Made by a program: the position numbers and the translations under genes | Assembly (NCBI GenBank): GCA_946414915.1 | Contig: CAMKQK010000002.1 | Coordinates: 9,377-73,376, forward strand | DNA length: 64,000 bases | Direction of reading: 5' to 3' | Source of the DNA: an uncultured Bacillales bacterium | GTDB taxonomy: Bacteria > Bacillota_I > Bacilli_A > RFN20 > CAG-826 | The notes under the pieces: generated by a model | What the model was told of the DNA's origin: nothing | What the model saw: the letters and a program-made list of their open reading frames with translations, nothing else | The model's database searches: none | Shown here: positions 55,571-64,000 of the stretch, piece by piece | Numbering within the stretch: position 1 is the stretch's first letter | Layout of the letters: each line of letters starts with the position of its first letter

Positions 55571-57715
55571 ATGAAAAAGATTAATTGTTTTGTTGCTACG
55601 CTGGTAGGTGCTTTTGCTATAGGCTTAATTGGTTGTAACTCTAATAAGCTACCTACTACACAATATGAGAAAGTTAAGTTTGCCTTTAACGGTGTGGAGA
55701 AGTCATTTAAGTCTCCTAAAGTTGTTAAAAGAAATAGACCATTGCTATTAAAAAGAAATAAGATAGGGGGATCTAATCCATCAAGTGCTTTAGATACTAT
55801 CTTCAGTATGTATAATGAAGAAGACAAAAGAGATGATTTCTTAGATGATGTTTCATACAATGAACCACCAATGATTCAATTCCAATACATTAAGAAAGTA
55901 TTAGAAAAGATTGGTGGCGGATACGAGTTTGATAAGAAATACTATGACACTATTACTGGTGAAATGTATGTCGATATTAATACAGGAGCAAAGAAAAAAG
56001 AAGGTGACGAATTTAAATATAACTACACCTTCACTTTAGGTATGGATATTAATATCGATGATAATAATCTCATCACCGCGGATGTATCATTTGATATTAA
56101 TCTTAAAAAAGGTAGCGAGTCATATACCACGAAATGGTATGTAGGAATAGAACTAGACTATGATATGGCTAATAACTCTCCTAACTATACAATGAGTATG
56201 GTGACAGAGAATGATGAAAGAGAACTACCATATTATGGAAGTTATACATATGAATATGATTATGTAGAAGTTAAGAACTCCGAAATTAATGAGTGGCGAA
56301 AGTTCTGTATGGATAATGACCATCGCTTAGTGAAAGACGCTAGTCATCAAGACTTTTATGCTTACGTTAATGAAGGATGTGAATATAAAGTAGATGCCTG
56401 TTCTTGGTATAAGAATGGTACTTATTATAAGAACAAGAACGTTAGACAAAAAAGCGAAGCTACTAAGACAGTCGCTAATGCTTTGTTCACTAACTTAGGA
56501 TTAAACGCTAATGAGATAGACGCTGATAGTTTCTTTAATAAAACTGGTACACAAAACAGTGTTCTTAAAACTTGCTACAACGATTTCTCTAAAATCGCTA
56601 AAGAAGACATTATCTATGATCTAGTTTGTAGAGACGAACAAGAAGAACAAAAACAAGAGATTGTGGCTATTAGAGCAATGAATGCTGATTTATCCGGAGG
56701 TGCTGGTAACTACCAAGTTCCTGGTAATGTCACTATACGAGAACTACTCAGTGGCTTTGTTGATGAGAATGGTGAGAAACTAGCTATCCATTTATATTAC
56801 ATCGATCAAAATTATGCTTTAGTTTCAGAAATCACTGATTTAGTGGCTTTAAGATTCTATATTAGACAACAAGATAACAACGAAGCTAAGGAAGTTAGCT
56901 TAGTCGATAGTTTATCAGATATTATGGAGAGATATAAATTCACAACTAGAAACCTCATCATTGCCTTTATGGACGAACAAGGTATAGGTGGTGTGATGGA
57001 TTTCATCTATTCAGGTGATTTACCAGATACATATGTTAAACCAACATTCCCTAAAGTCTTAGCGGACATCGGTGTTCCTGAATATGACGGGGAAAGAATT
57101 GAATATGGTACACAAGAATTAAGTAAAGAACCATATGTCTTAGAAATTAAAAATACGAGATATAGTGAATCACAAAATTATAAAAATAAGTTAAATGGTA
57201 ATGGCTTTGTTCTTGATGGTGGATATCTTGGTACATTTAAAGGTGCTTATTACCGTAAAGAAGCGGGCGATAGATATCTCTGGGTTAACTATGATGATAG
57301 TGATGCTAGTTTAGGCACTGTTATTATTCGTGCTTTCCACGAAGCTAAATCACAACAACAGGAAGATGACAGTATTAATTCCATCTCCATGGTCGGCGAT
57401 TTCAATGACTGGGATGTCACAAGTGGTGGTTTGATGTTTACAAAAATGGGTGATGATTTATTCCGTTTAACTAGTGTATATCTTAGACCAAACCAAGCAT
57501 TTAAATTTGTCGTTAATAATGACTGGGGCACTAGAGGCGGCTATGGTTATAGTGATGTTCTTAATATTGCCGAATATGGTAAGTACTTAGTCGGTGGAAC
57601 AAACGATAATATCGTTGTCCAAGATCAAACAGTGTTTTTCGCAGTCGACGCTGTTATTTATGAAGGTAGAATAACATTTACTATTTCTGAATTTGAAGTT
57701 ATAGCACCAAAGTAA
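55571..57715 (+). CDS. Large lipoprotein with C-terminal E-set/CBM48-like module
   Basis: Lipobox GLIGC. C-terminal MVGDFNDWDV...FKFVVNNDW resembles glycogen/starch-binding early-set domains. The remainder is unassigned. Confidence 0.6.
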   Translation: MKKINCFVATLVGAFAIGLIGCNSNKLPTTQYEKVKFAFNGVEKSFKSPKVVKRNRPLLLKRNKIGGSNPSSALDTIFSMYNEEDKRDDFLDDVSYNEPPMIQFQYIKKVLEKIGGGYEFDKKYYDTITGEMYVDINTGAKKKEGDEFKYNYTFTLGMDINIDDNNLITADVSFDINLKKGSESYTTKWYVGIELDYDMANNSPNYTMSMVTENDERELPYYGSYTYEYDYVEVKNSEINEWRKFCMDNDHRLVKDASHQDFYAYVNEGCEYKVDACSWYKNGTYYKNKNVRQKSEATKTVANALFTNLGLNANEIDADSFFNKTGTQNSVLKTCYNDFSKIAKEDIIYDLVCRDEQEEQKQEIVAIRAMNADLSGGAGNYQVPGNVTIRELLSGFVDENGEKLAIHLYYIDQNYALVSEITDLVALRFYIRQQDNNEAKEVSLVDSLSDIMERYKFTTRNLIIAFMDEQGIGGVMDFIYSGDLPDTYVKPTFPKVLADIGVPEYDGERIEYGTQELSKEPYVLEIKNTRYSESQNYKNKLNGNGFVLDGGYLGTFKGAYYRKEAGDRYLWVNYDDSDASLGTVIIRAFHEAKSQQQEDDSINSISMVGDFNDWDVTSGGLMFTKMGDDLFRLTSVYLRPNQAFKFVVNNDWGTRGGYGYSDVLNIAEYGKYLVGGTNDNIVVQDQTVFFAVDAVIYEGRITFTISEFEVIAPK

Positions 57716-57829
57716 CAATTAATTACAATTTATATAAATAACTCAACGTTATTCATTCCTTGTTGTTATTTTGTTATACTTTAAATACAATTATTAGAAA
57801 TTAACTAGACATAATATTGAGGTGTTTTT

Positions 57830-58312
57830 ATGAAAACCAAAATCTTAGAGTTATTAGAAAAGAATGCGAAGCTTTCCACTAAGGAAATCGCTAAAGAATT
57901 AGGTTTAAAAGAAAAGGAAGTTATCCAGCTTGTTGGAGAGTTGGAAGCAGATAAAGTTATCTGTGGCTATAACGCTATTATCAACTGGGATAAACTTACC
58001 GAAGAAAAAGTTGATGCTTTAATTGAACTTAAGGTTGCGCCACAACGTGGCACTGGTTTTGATAGAATCGCCGACCGAATTGCGAGATTTGATGAAGTTG
58101 ACTCTGTTTATTTAATGTCAGGTGGTTATGACTTCATGGTTATCGTTAATGGTAAGTCCATGAAAGAAGTGTCATCCTTCGTCTTTAATAAACTAGCGAC
58201 ACTTGATTACATTCAAAGTACTGCTACTCACTTTGTTTTAAAGAAATATAAGGACCACGGGGTTAAATTATTAGATAAAACATTCGATAGAAGAACTAAT
58301 GTCGTATTATGA
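57830..58312 (+). CDS. Lrp/AsnC-family transcriptional regulator
   Basis: HTH ILELLEKNAKLSTKEIAKELGLKEKEV plus an RAM/ACT-like C-terminal domain. Confidence 0.85.
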   Translation: MKTKILELLEKNAKLSTKEIAKELGLKEKEVIQLVGELEADKVICGYNAIINWDKLTEEKVDALIELKVAPQRGTGFDRIADRIARFDEVDSVYLMSGGYDFMVIVNGKSMKEVSSFVFNKLATLDYIQSTATHFVLKKYKDHGVKLLDKTFDRRTNVVL

Positions 58313-59463
58313 GAGACTTTACATCTGACAAAGTAAAAACTATTAAACCTTCTGGTATCAGAAAGTTCTTTGACATCGCTAATAGTATCGAAGACTGTAT
58401 CTCTTTAGGTGTGGGTGAACCTGATTTTGAAACACCTTGGCATATTACAGAAGAAGGTATCTATTCCTTAGAGCAAGGAAGAACATTCTATACCTCTAAT
58501 CAAGGTTTACCAGAATTAAGAGAAGAAATCGCTAAATGGAATAAGCGTAAATATAATCTTGATTATTCTAAAGAAGAAATCATTATCACCTGTGGTGGCT
58601 CTGAGGCTATTGATATCGCCCTAAGAGCGACATTAAACCCAGGAGACGAAGTAATTATCCTTGAACCTAATTACGTCTGCTACGAGCCTGATATTATTCT
58701 CGCTGGTGGTGTGCCTATTAAGATTAAACTTAAAAACGAAAATGAGTTTAGATTAACTTCAGAAGAACTAGAAAGTGTTATCACTTCTAAAACAAAGATT
58801 CTTTTGATGAATTATCCTAATAACCCCACAGGGGCTATTATGAATAAATCTGATTTAGAGAAGATCGCTAAGGTCATTATTAAACATGATTTATTAGTAA
58901 TTACTGATGAAATATATAGTGAACTTACATATGAGGGTAAGCACTTTTCTATTGGGGCATTACCAGGCATGAGAGATAGAACCATTACCATTAATGGCTT
59001 CTCTAAAACATATTCTATGACTGGATGGAGATTAGGCTATGTCATGGGCCCTAGAGTAATTATTGATCAAGTTAAAAAGATCCATCAATTCGTTGTCATG
59101 AGTGCGCCTACTATATCTCAATATGCTGGATTAGAAGCTTTAAGAAATGGTGATAACGATATTGAAAGAATGAAGAAGGAATATGATAAAAGAAGAAAAT
59201 ACCTTCTTAAAGAATTCAATAGATTAGGTTTACCATGCTTTGAACCTAAAGGAGCGTTCTATATCTTCCCTGATATTAGAAAATATAAAATGAGTAGTGA
59301 AGAGTTCGCTACTGAGTTATTAAATAAAGAACACGTAGTAGTGGTACCTGGTACAGCATTCGGTGATAGTGGCGAGGGATTTGTAAGAATCTCTTACGCC
59401 TATTCATTAGATGCTTTAAAGGAAGCAATTAAGAGAATAGAAAGATTTATTAGATCGTTATAA
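58309..59463 (+). CDS. Class I/II PLP-dependent aminotransferase
   Basis: NYPNNPTG, SKTYSMTGWRLGY (PLP lysine), VRISYA. ATGA overlap with the Lrp gene. Confidence 0.9.
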   Translation: MRDFTSDKVKTIKPSGIRKFFDIANSIEDCISLGVGEPDFETPWHITEEGIYSLEQGRTFYTSNQGLPELREEIAKWNKRKYNLDYSKEEIIITCGGSEAIDIALRATLNPGDEVIILEPNYVCYEPDIILAGGVPIKIKLKNENEFRLTSEELESVITSKTKILLMNYPNNPTGAIMNKSDLEKIAKVIIKHDLLVITDEIYSELTYEGKHFSIGALPGMRDRTITINGFSKTYSMTGWRLGYVMGPRVIIDQVKKIHQFVVMSAPTISQYAGLEALRNGDNDIERMKKEYDKRRKYLLKEFNRLGLPCFEPKGAFYIFPDIRKYKMSSEEFATELLNKEHVVVVPGTAFGDSGEGFVRISYAYSLDALKEAIKRIERFIRSL

Positions 59464-59469
59464 AGATAT

Positions 59470-59496
59470 ACCACCCCAAGTCGGGGTGGTTTTGTT
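59470..59496 (+). terminator. Rho-independent terminator
   Basis: ACCACCCC (59470-59477) / GGGGTGGT (59483-59490), then TTTGTT. Confidence 0.85.
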
Positions 59497-59520
59497 AATA
59501 GCAAGTGTTATAATTTTTCT

Positions 59521-60186
59521 ATGGATTCATTTTATAAAATAATTGATAAATATGATTCTTTCTTAAGCGAAGAAAAGGAAGAGTCTTTTATTGTTAAAAC
59601 ATCTAATAAATCAAAAGTACTTTTATCTTGCCCTCATGCAGTCAGCCAATTTAGAGAAGGCAGGCTTAAATCTGCAGAAAAAGAAACTGGTATTATTGGT
59701 CTATTATTAAATGAACTATATGGATATCCATTAATAGTTAAAACCAGTAATCAAGATGATGACGCGAATTATGACCCTAGTAGTGATTATAAAGATGAGA
59801 TTATTAATCTTGTTAAAGAAAATGGTTATAGATGTGTCATAGATTTACATCAATTATCTTACGAAAGAATAGAAGATGTTAATCCTGGTGTCGCGGGATA
59901 TAGAAACTTTAAAAATAAAGAACTACTTAATTCCATTGTTAATATATTTAATAGACATGGTATCGATAAAGTATCTATCGATCATCCTTTTGGGGCTTAT
60001 TCCCTTAATACGGTATCTAGTTATGTGCATAACCATACAGGTATAGATACCATCCAATTAGAAATCAATTCTAGATTAGTAAGTAAATACTGTAATAAGG
60101 AGTATATGAAATCTCACATTAAAGAAGTGACAGAGGCTCTTCACGAGATTATCATATTGTTAGATAAATTCTATGAAGAAAATTGA
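59521..60186 (+). CDS. Hypothetical protein, tentatively N-formylglutamate amidohydrolase-fold
   Basis: LLSCPHAV...IDLHQL pattern resembles FGase-family metal ligands. Weak call. Confidence 0.4.
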   Translation: MDSFYKIIDKYDSFLSEEKEESFIVKTSNKSKVLLSCPHAVSQFREGRLKSAEKETGIIGLLLNELYGYPLIVKTSNQDDDANYDPSSDYKDEIINLVKENGYRCVIDLHQLSYERIEDVNPGVAGYRNFKNKELLNSIVNIFNRHGIDKVSIDHPFGAYSLNTVSSYVHNHTGIDTIQLEINSRLVSKYCNKEYMKSHIKEVTEALHEIIILLDKFYEEN

Positions 60187-61492
60187 ATTATTAATTGATA
60201 ATGACAATGTTTTAGTGAAAAGAGGTAAAGAAGTTTTTGGCCATGCTTTCTCCTCAAAAGAGCAAGTTAATGTTATAAAGGGTAATTTGAGCCGCACTGA
60301 CAGCTTTTTAAATAGAATCCATGTTTCTAACCAACTCTTTGAAAAAGTCGGTGCTGTCGCTCTTATTTATAACCACGATACTGAGCAATGGATGGAAGTA
60401 TTTTGCATTTTAGATAATGAGCTTAAAGACAATGATATTAGAGTTACAGAAACTATTAATACTGAAATGTCTTTAGAAGACGCTAGTGGTGTTTCTCTTC
60501 TTACTTATAAGTCTTTATCCTTTAGTAAAATCATTAGACAAAAGGTTGATCAAATTAAAGAAGATAATATCGTCATCTCTGAAGAACTTATGAATGAAAT
60601 AGACCCTCATAATGCTTATAAGCTCTATTCTCTATATAACACATCCACTGGTGAGAACATGATTATCAAAAAGAAACACATTAAGTTTGACAAGGGCTTA
60701 GATAAGAACACCATTCGTATTAGTAACTTACAAAGAACATTCTTAGGCTTTGAAGGCAGAGACTATATCCCCGAGATAGTGTGGTCTCAACTAATGAGTA
60801 GATGTAAAGATAGTGAAGATATGGCTCAAATACTTAAGGTCTATGATAAGAACACACATAAGGTTATTAAGTCAGAACAAGTACAAGAAAAAGATATTAC
60901 TAAATTAATTAATAAAATGTTAGGCACTAAGCTGATGCTTTGCCCAATCATTGAATCAGTAGCCCCTAGAAGTGATAAAAGAGGTCCTATTAGAGTCATT
61001 ACTGATTTCTATGTTGGCAAAAGCACAATCCTTCTCGCGGCGAAAAGACCATATGAAATAGATGAAGGTAAAGACATTGTTCGTATGTCTAAAAATAGTA
61101 TGAATTTATTAGGCATCTCATCAATGGATACAGTGAGAATTACCTACCGTAATAAAACAATATCTTCAAGAGCGTTAGAACTAGAAGAAAAAGAAGCCTT
61201 CGCTAAAACTAATCCCCCGATGAGTGGTGATGTAGTTATTGGTATACCAGTTAACTTAAGAAAGAAATTAGGTATTAATAACGTCAACTCTAGTGTCAAA
61301 GTTGATAGAGATACACCATTTATTTTTAGAAAGAGTTTTAATGAGCAATTAGTCCCTATTCTTATTACACTTTTTACTTCATTACTAACATGGAGTGTGT
61401 TTGATTGGAGACCCGCTGTTATATCATTAGTGGCCTTGCCAGTTGTGGTGTACTTTAACTTGTCATCAAAGAGAAATTCGAGATTGAAATAA
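60173..61492 (+). CDS. Hypothetical protein with C-terminal double TM anchor (439 aa)
   Basis: 14-nt overlap with the upstream gene. Two hydrophobic helices at the C-terminus. No family recognised. Confidence 0.5.
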   Translation: MKKIELLIDNDNVLVKRGKEVFGHAFSSKEQVNVIKGNLSRTDSFLNRIHVSNQLFEKVGAVALIYNHDTEQWMEVFCILDNELKDNDIRVTETINTEMSLEDASGVSLLTYKSLSFSKIIRQKVDQIKEDNIVISEELMNEIDPHNAYKLYSLYNTSTGENMIIKKKHIKFDKGLDKNTIRISNLQRTFLGFEGRDYIPEIVWSQLMSRCKDSEDMAQILKVYDKNTHKVIKSEQVQEKDITKLINKMLGTKLMLCPIIESVAPRSDKRGPIRVITDFYVGKSTILLAAKRPYEIDEGKDIVRMSKNSMNLLGISSMDTVRITYRNKTISSRALELEEKEAFAKTNPPMSGDVVIGIPVNLRKKLGINNVNSSVKVDRDTPFIFRKSFNEQLVPILITLFTSLLTWSVFDWRPAVISLVALPVVVYFNLSSKRNSRLK

Positions 61493-61598
61493 GAATTTGC
61501 AATATATTTCCGAATTAATCTAGAAATATTGTAAAAAAACACCTTAACTTTTCCCTTTTAGTATGTTTTACTTAAAAATATAGGAAAAGGTGAATTAT

Positions 61599-62225
61599 AT
61601 GCCGATGTTATCTGATTTTGTTTCAAACGAAGCTCCTTTAATTGTTGCTTTGATTTCCGCCTTCATATGTTTGGCGGCTTTTGTTTGTTCGTTTGCTGTA
61701 GCGAGAAGAGATTCCAGACACCATTTCGAAAAGACGATTGAAGAATGCTTAATGCCAATTTCCATTTTTATTCAAGATTCATTCGAAATGTATTCTTACA
61801 AAAAATATACTGGAGCAGAGTATATTCATAATGGCGAAAAAACCCTTCTCGAAAATTTGCACAAACTTAAAGTGTTCGCTCTAACAAATGGTTACAAGCA
61901 TCTAGAAGAAGTGGCGACAATTAACACAGGAAAGAAAGAAACAAATCTTAGATGTTTCGCCTATTGTTTTTTAAAACTAGAAGATGTTTATATCAAATTC
62001 CGTGATAACCATATCACTGGAACGATTGATCCTGAAAAAGACGCCAATGATCTCGATTTCATAAGAAACGTCAATCTTCTTATGCAAGACTATTTAAAGT
62101 TATTGTCTAAATACATGTTTGGATTCAAGAGAAAATACATCAAATTCTTTAGAGAAAAGAAATATCATAACGAACTTAATCAATTGTTAGAAAGGTCAAA
62201 ACAGTATGGCGTTAAAATCAAATAA
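61599..62225 (+). CDS. Hypothetical N-terminally anchored protein
   Basis: RBS AAAGGTG before the ATG at 61599. One TM (LIVALISAFICLAAFVCSFAV). Confidence 0.5.
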   Translation: MPMLSDFVSNEAPLIVALISAFICLAAFVCSFAVARRDSRHHFEKTIEECLMPISIFIQDSFEMYSYKKYTGAEYIHNGEKTLLENLHKLKVFALTNGYKHLEEVATINTGKKETNLRCFAYCFLKLEDVYIKFRDNHITGTIDPEKDANDLDFIRNVNLLMQDYLKLLSKYMFGFKRKYIKFFREKKYHNELNQLLERSKQYGVKIK

Positions 62226-62370
62226 AACCAAAAGAAAATATAATAGGTTGCCAGCCAAACAAGCACCTATTGATCCAGATGATTATCCAGTTATCCGCCC
62301 AATTCGTCCACGAATTGATCCAGATGATTACCCAGTTCCAGAAGGTAGAAAAGAAAAGAATAAGAAGTAA
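62206..62370 (+). CDS. Candidate small protein (54 aa) with duplicated IDPDDYPV motif; not in the ORF track (under 60 aa)
   Basis: ATG at 62206 preceded by GAAAGG. MALKSNKTKRKYNRLPAKQAPIDPDDYPVIRPIRPRIDPDDYPVPEGRKEKNKK, stop TAA at 62368-62370. Overlaps the upstream gene by 20 nt. Confidence 0.35.
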   Translation: MALKSNKTKRKYNRLPAKQAPIDPDDYPVIRPIRPRIDPDDYPVPEGRKEKNKK

Positions 62371-62686
62371 TAATTACTTACGTTCGCTAAAACCAATCGC
62401 AACTTTATCTTTACAAATTATTTAAACAATAATCAATCGCAATTCTTTAATAATATTTTCTTCCTTGTTTATTCTTAAGTTATTTGGTTTGAAGCCTGTG
62501 TTTGTGTTTTCAAAGAATAAGTTTTTCTCCACGCACATATAATTTTGCAAAAAAGCTAGAATAAGTCTTTGTTTTGCTGCCAATTGTTTTATAATTGTTT
62601 TAAATGTGTTTGGGGTTTGTTTGATAAAAAATGACAATTTGTCAAATGAATCCATTATATTTTAGTCGAAAAGGAAATGGGTAAAC

Positions 62687-63196
62687 ATGGAAGAAGAGTT
62701 AATAATTGCAACAAGTGGCGATGTGACGTTTGAAACGTTGAAGAAAAAAAGTTATTATTCAGAAAGCGAAGCATCAAAAGATGCGAATGTATTTATAATA
62801 CCAGAAGAACATTTGCGAGATGGTTACGACATTTTGTTTTTTGAAAATACTAAAAACCTTTTAAGAGCATTAAATGATCATGGCGATATTAAAGCGGACG
62901 TGCCTTGTTCGGAAGAAGATTTTAAAGAGATTGAATTGCATAGTGGATTATTGGAACTTGGAACGTTTTTAGTAACCTCTTTCATCTTTCCAATATTTGT
63001 CAATCTAGTATCTTCATTTATTTATGACTTGATAAAGAAAAATGATGACGATCCAAAAAAAGTAAAAGCAAGACTAAAGGTGAATGTTGATAAAAAGAAT
63101 GGAAAGTCAATTAAATTTGAATATAAAGGTCCTGCTTCAACTTTCAATAGTTCGATGAAAAAGATTGAGGAAATTTTAGAAGAAAACGATGACTAA
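62687..63196 (+). CDS. Hypothetical protein with central TM segments
   Basis: RBS AAAGGAAATGGG. Acidic N-terminal domain, a hydrophobic stretch (LGTFLVTSFIFPIFVNLVSSFIY), then a basic C-terminal domain. Confidence 0.5.
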   Translation: MEEELIIATSGDVTFETLKKKSYYSESEASKDANVFIIPEEHLRDGYDILFFENTKNLLRALNDHGDIKADVPCSEEDFKEIELHSGLLELGTFLVTSFIFPIFVNLVSSFIYDLIKKNDDDPKKVKARLKVNVDKKNGKSIKFEYKGPASTFNSSMKKIEEILEENDD

Positions 63197-64000
63197 CTAT
63201 TCTCAAGAAAAAAAATACCTAGAGGAAGAATTGCTGGTGTTTGATAAATCCATCCTAGATGGAATAATAAGCAAAAAACGCATTTATGTGTCGCTGGGGG
63301 ATGAATCAAACTCAAATTACTGTTGGTATTTAGAAAATGTATATCACATTAAAGAGAAATATATTTTTGCCTTTAATTTGGTTAAAGATGAAAACTATGA
63401 AGAAGCGTGGAAACTATTAGATGAGGTGGACACAGATATTTCTTTTATTTGTGAAAATTTCGACTTAGAAAAAGACGATCCTTTTGGTCTTAAAAAATTA
63501 AGAAAACAGATACATTGCATACAGCTTTTGTTTCCTTATGTCTTTTTCTTAAGTAGGGAATCGATAATTGAAGAAGAAAGCTGTTCTATTTGCGGAACTA
63601 AAAACGGGCTGAGGAACCATTGCTCACATATACCAGGAAAATTATACATGGGAGAGTTATGCATAATGAATGTGAGCAGAATCAAGCTTAAAGGCTATGC
63701 GATTGTCAGAGATCCGTTTGATAAGTATGCATTTTTAAAAATCAAAGATAGAGAGTATGATTATTATCTTTTAAAGCATCTCATGCTGAATATCCGTGGG
63801 CCGTACGATTATTTTACCGTCGAAACGCACAAAGAAAAGCTTCCTATTTTTCAAGGTGTCGGAAGAAATGACGCTTGCCCGTGTGGTAGTGGGTTGAAAT
63901 ATAAAAAATGCTGTTTGATGTCCGGTAATGACATGTACGACTTTAAAAAAATGCTTTTTACTCACCAACCTGTTGAAAAGAAACTAACATCAATTATAGG
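63189..64000 (+). CDS. SEC-C-motif protein (3' end runs off the window); not in the ORF track
   Basis: ATG at 63189 overlaps the upstream stop (ATGACTAA). The frame stays open to nt 64000 by my manual translation. CSIC...HC and RNDACPCGSGLKYKKCC (SEC-C metal-binding motif). Confidence 0.55.
   Translation, partial: MTNYSQEKKYLEEELLVFDKSILDGIISKKRIYVSLGDESNSNYCWYLENVYHIKEKYIFAFNLVKDENYEEAWKLLDEVDTDISFICENFDLEKDDPFGLKKLRKQIHCIQLLFPYVFFLSRESIIEEESCSICGTKNGLRNHCSHIPGKLYMGELCIMNVSRIKLKGYAIVRDPFDKYAFLKIKDREYDYYLLKHLMLNIRGPYDYFTVETHKEKLPIFQGVGRNDACPCGSGLKYKKCCLMSGNDMYDFKKMLFTHQPVEKKLTSII

Noticed and set aside
726-61542. Numerous track ORFs nested inside or antisense to well-supported genes. Examples: 726-938 -, 797-1078 -, 816-1049 +, 8389-8616 +, 11678-11869 +, 19637-19933 -, 20320-20676 -, 25286-25627 -, 42204-42644 -, 51565-51933 -, 61144-61542 -.
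   Set aside because: They overlap genes with strong family signatures, lack RBSs, and have low-complexity or hydrophobic compositions typical of spurious frames in AT-rich DNA.
62422-62655. The minus-strand 77-aa ORF between two + strand genes.
   Set aside because: There is no Shine-Dalgarno upstream of its ATG, no recognisable family, and it lies opposite to the local gene orientation. The evidence is too weak to call it a gene.
1-64000. A prophage, ICE or transposon considered as the vehicle for the accessory blocks.
   Set aside because: I found no integrase, transposase, recombinase, terminal inverted repeats of IS type, tRNA attachment site, or phage structural genes anywhere in the window. 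Only recombination scars are present.

Overview
Low-GC, standard-code (TAA/TAG/TGA all terminate genes) Firmicutes-type chromosomal segment, with almost all genes on the + strand. No rRNA, tRNA, CRISPR array, integrase or transposase was seen. In order: (1) a two-component system followed by a VTC / DUF4956 / beta-helix lipoprotein operon (1-5847). (2) A ~1.4 kb ORF-free gap. It holds an A-tract-rich upstream region and a ~1 kb terminator-bounded (candidate promoter weak) RNA built from three tandem paralogous structured units (about 6186-7240). This is my top candidate for something undescribed. (3) An acyltransferase, a hydrolase and a HepT/MntA toxin-antitoxin pair. (4) The isoprenoid genes dxs, ispH and uppS, each separated from the next by accessory, TA-like or Abi-like cassettes. 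One of these is a Phd antitoxin next to a nonsense-inactivated YoeB toxin. (5) A ~25 kb Wzy-dependent capsule/exopolysaccharide locus (19224-43803). It carries a NusG-paralog antiterminator, an LDH-like gene plus an ATP-grasp gene, and an rfbD-A-C-B dTDP-rhamnose operon. Two defence-type genes (a DUF4062 protein and a Cap12-like TIR-like protein) are tightly interleaved into that rfb operon. (6) A defence-like island (43826-55387) framed by a ugd fragment and an internally deleted second rfbC copy. It contains a minimal nucleotidyltransferase + Abi_2/HEPN pair, a zinc-ribbon protein, a UvrD-helicase/PD-(D/E)XK nuclease + amino-methyltransferase pair, a KAP NTPase and a split ATPase + TOPRIM-like pair. 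(7) A lipoprotein, an Lrp regulator with an aminotransferase, and a terminal cluster of uncharacterised small or membrane proteins ending in a SEC-C-motif protein that runs off the window. All family calls come from motif recognition by eye. No searches were run.
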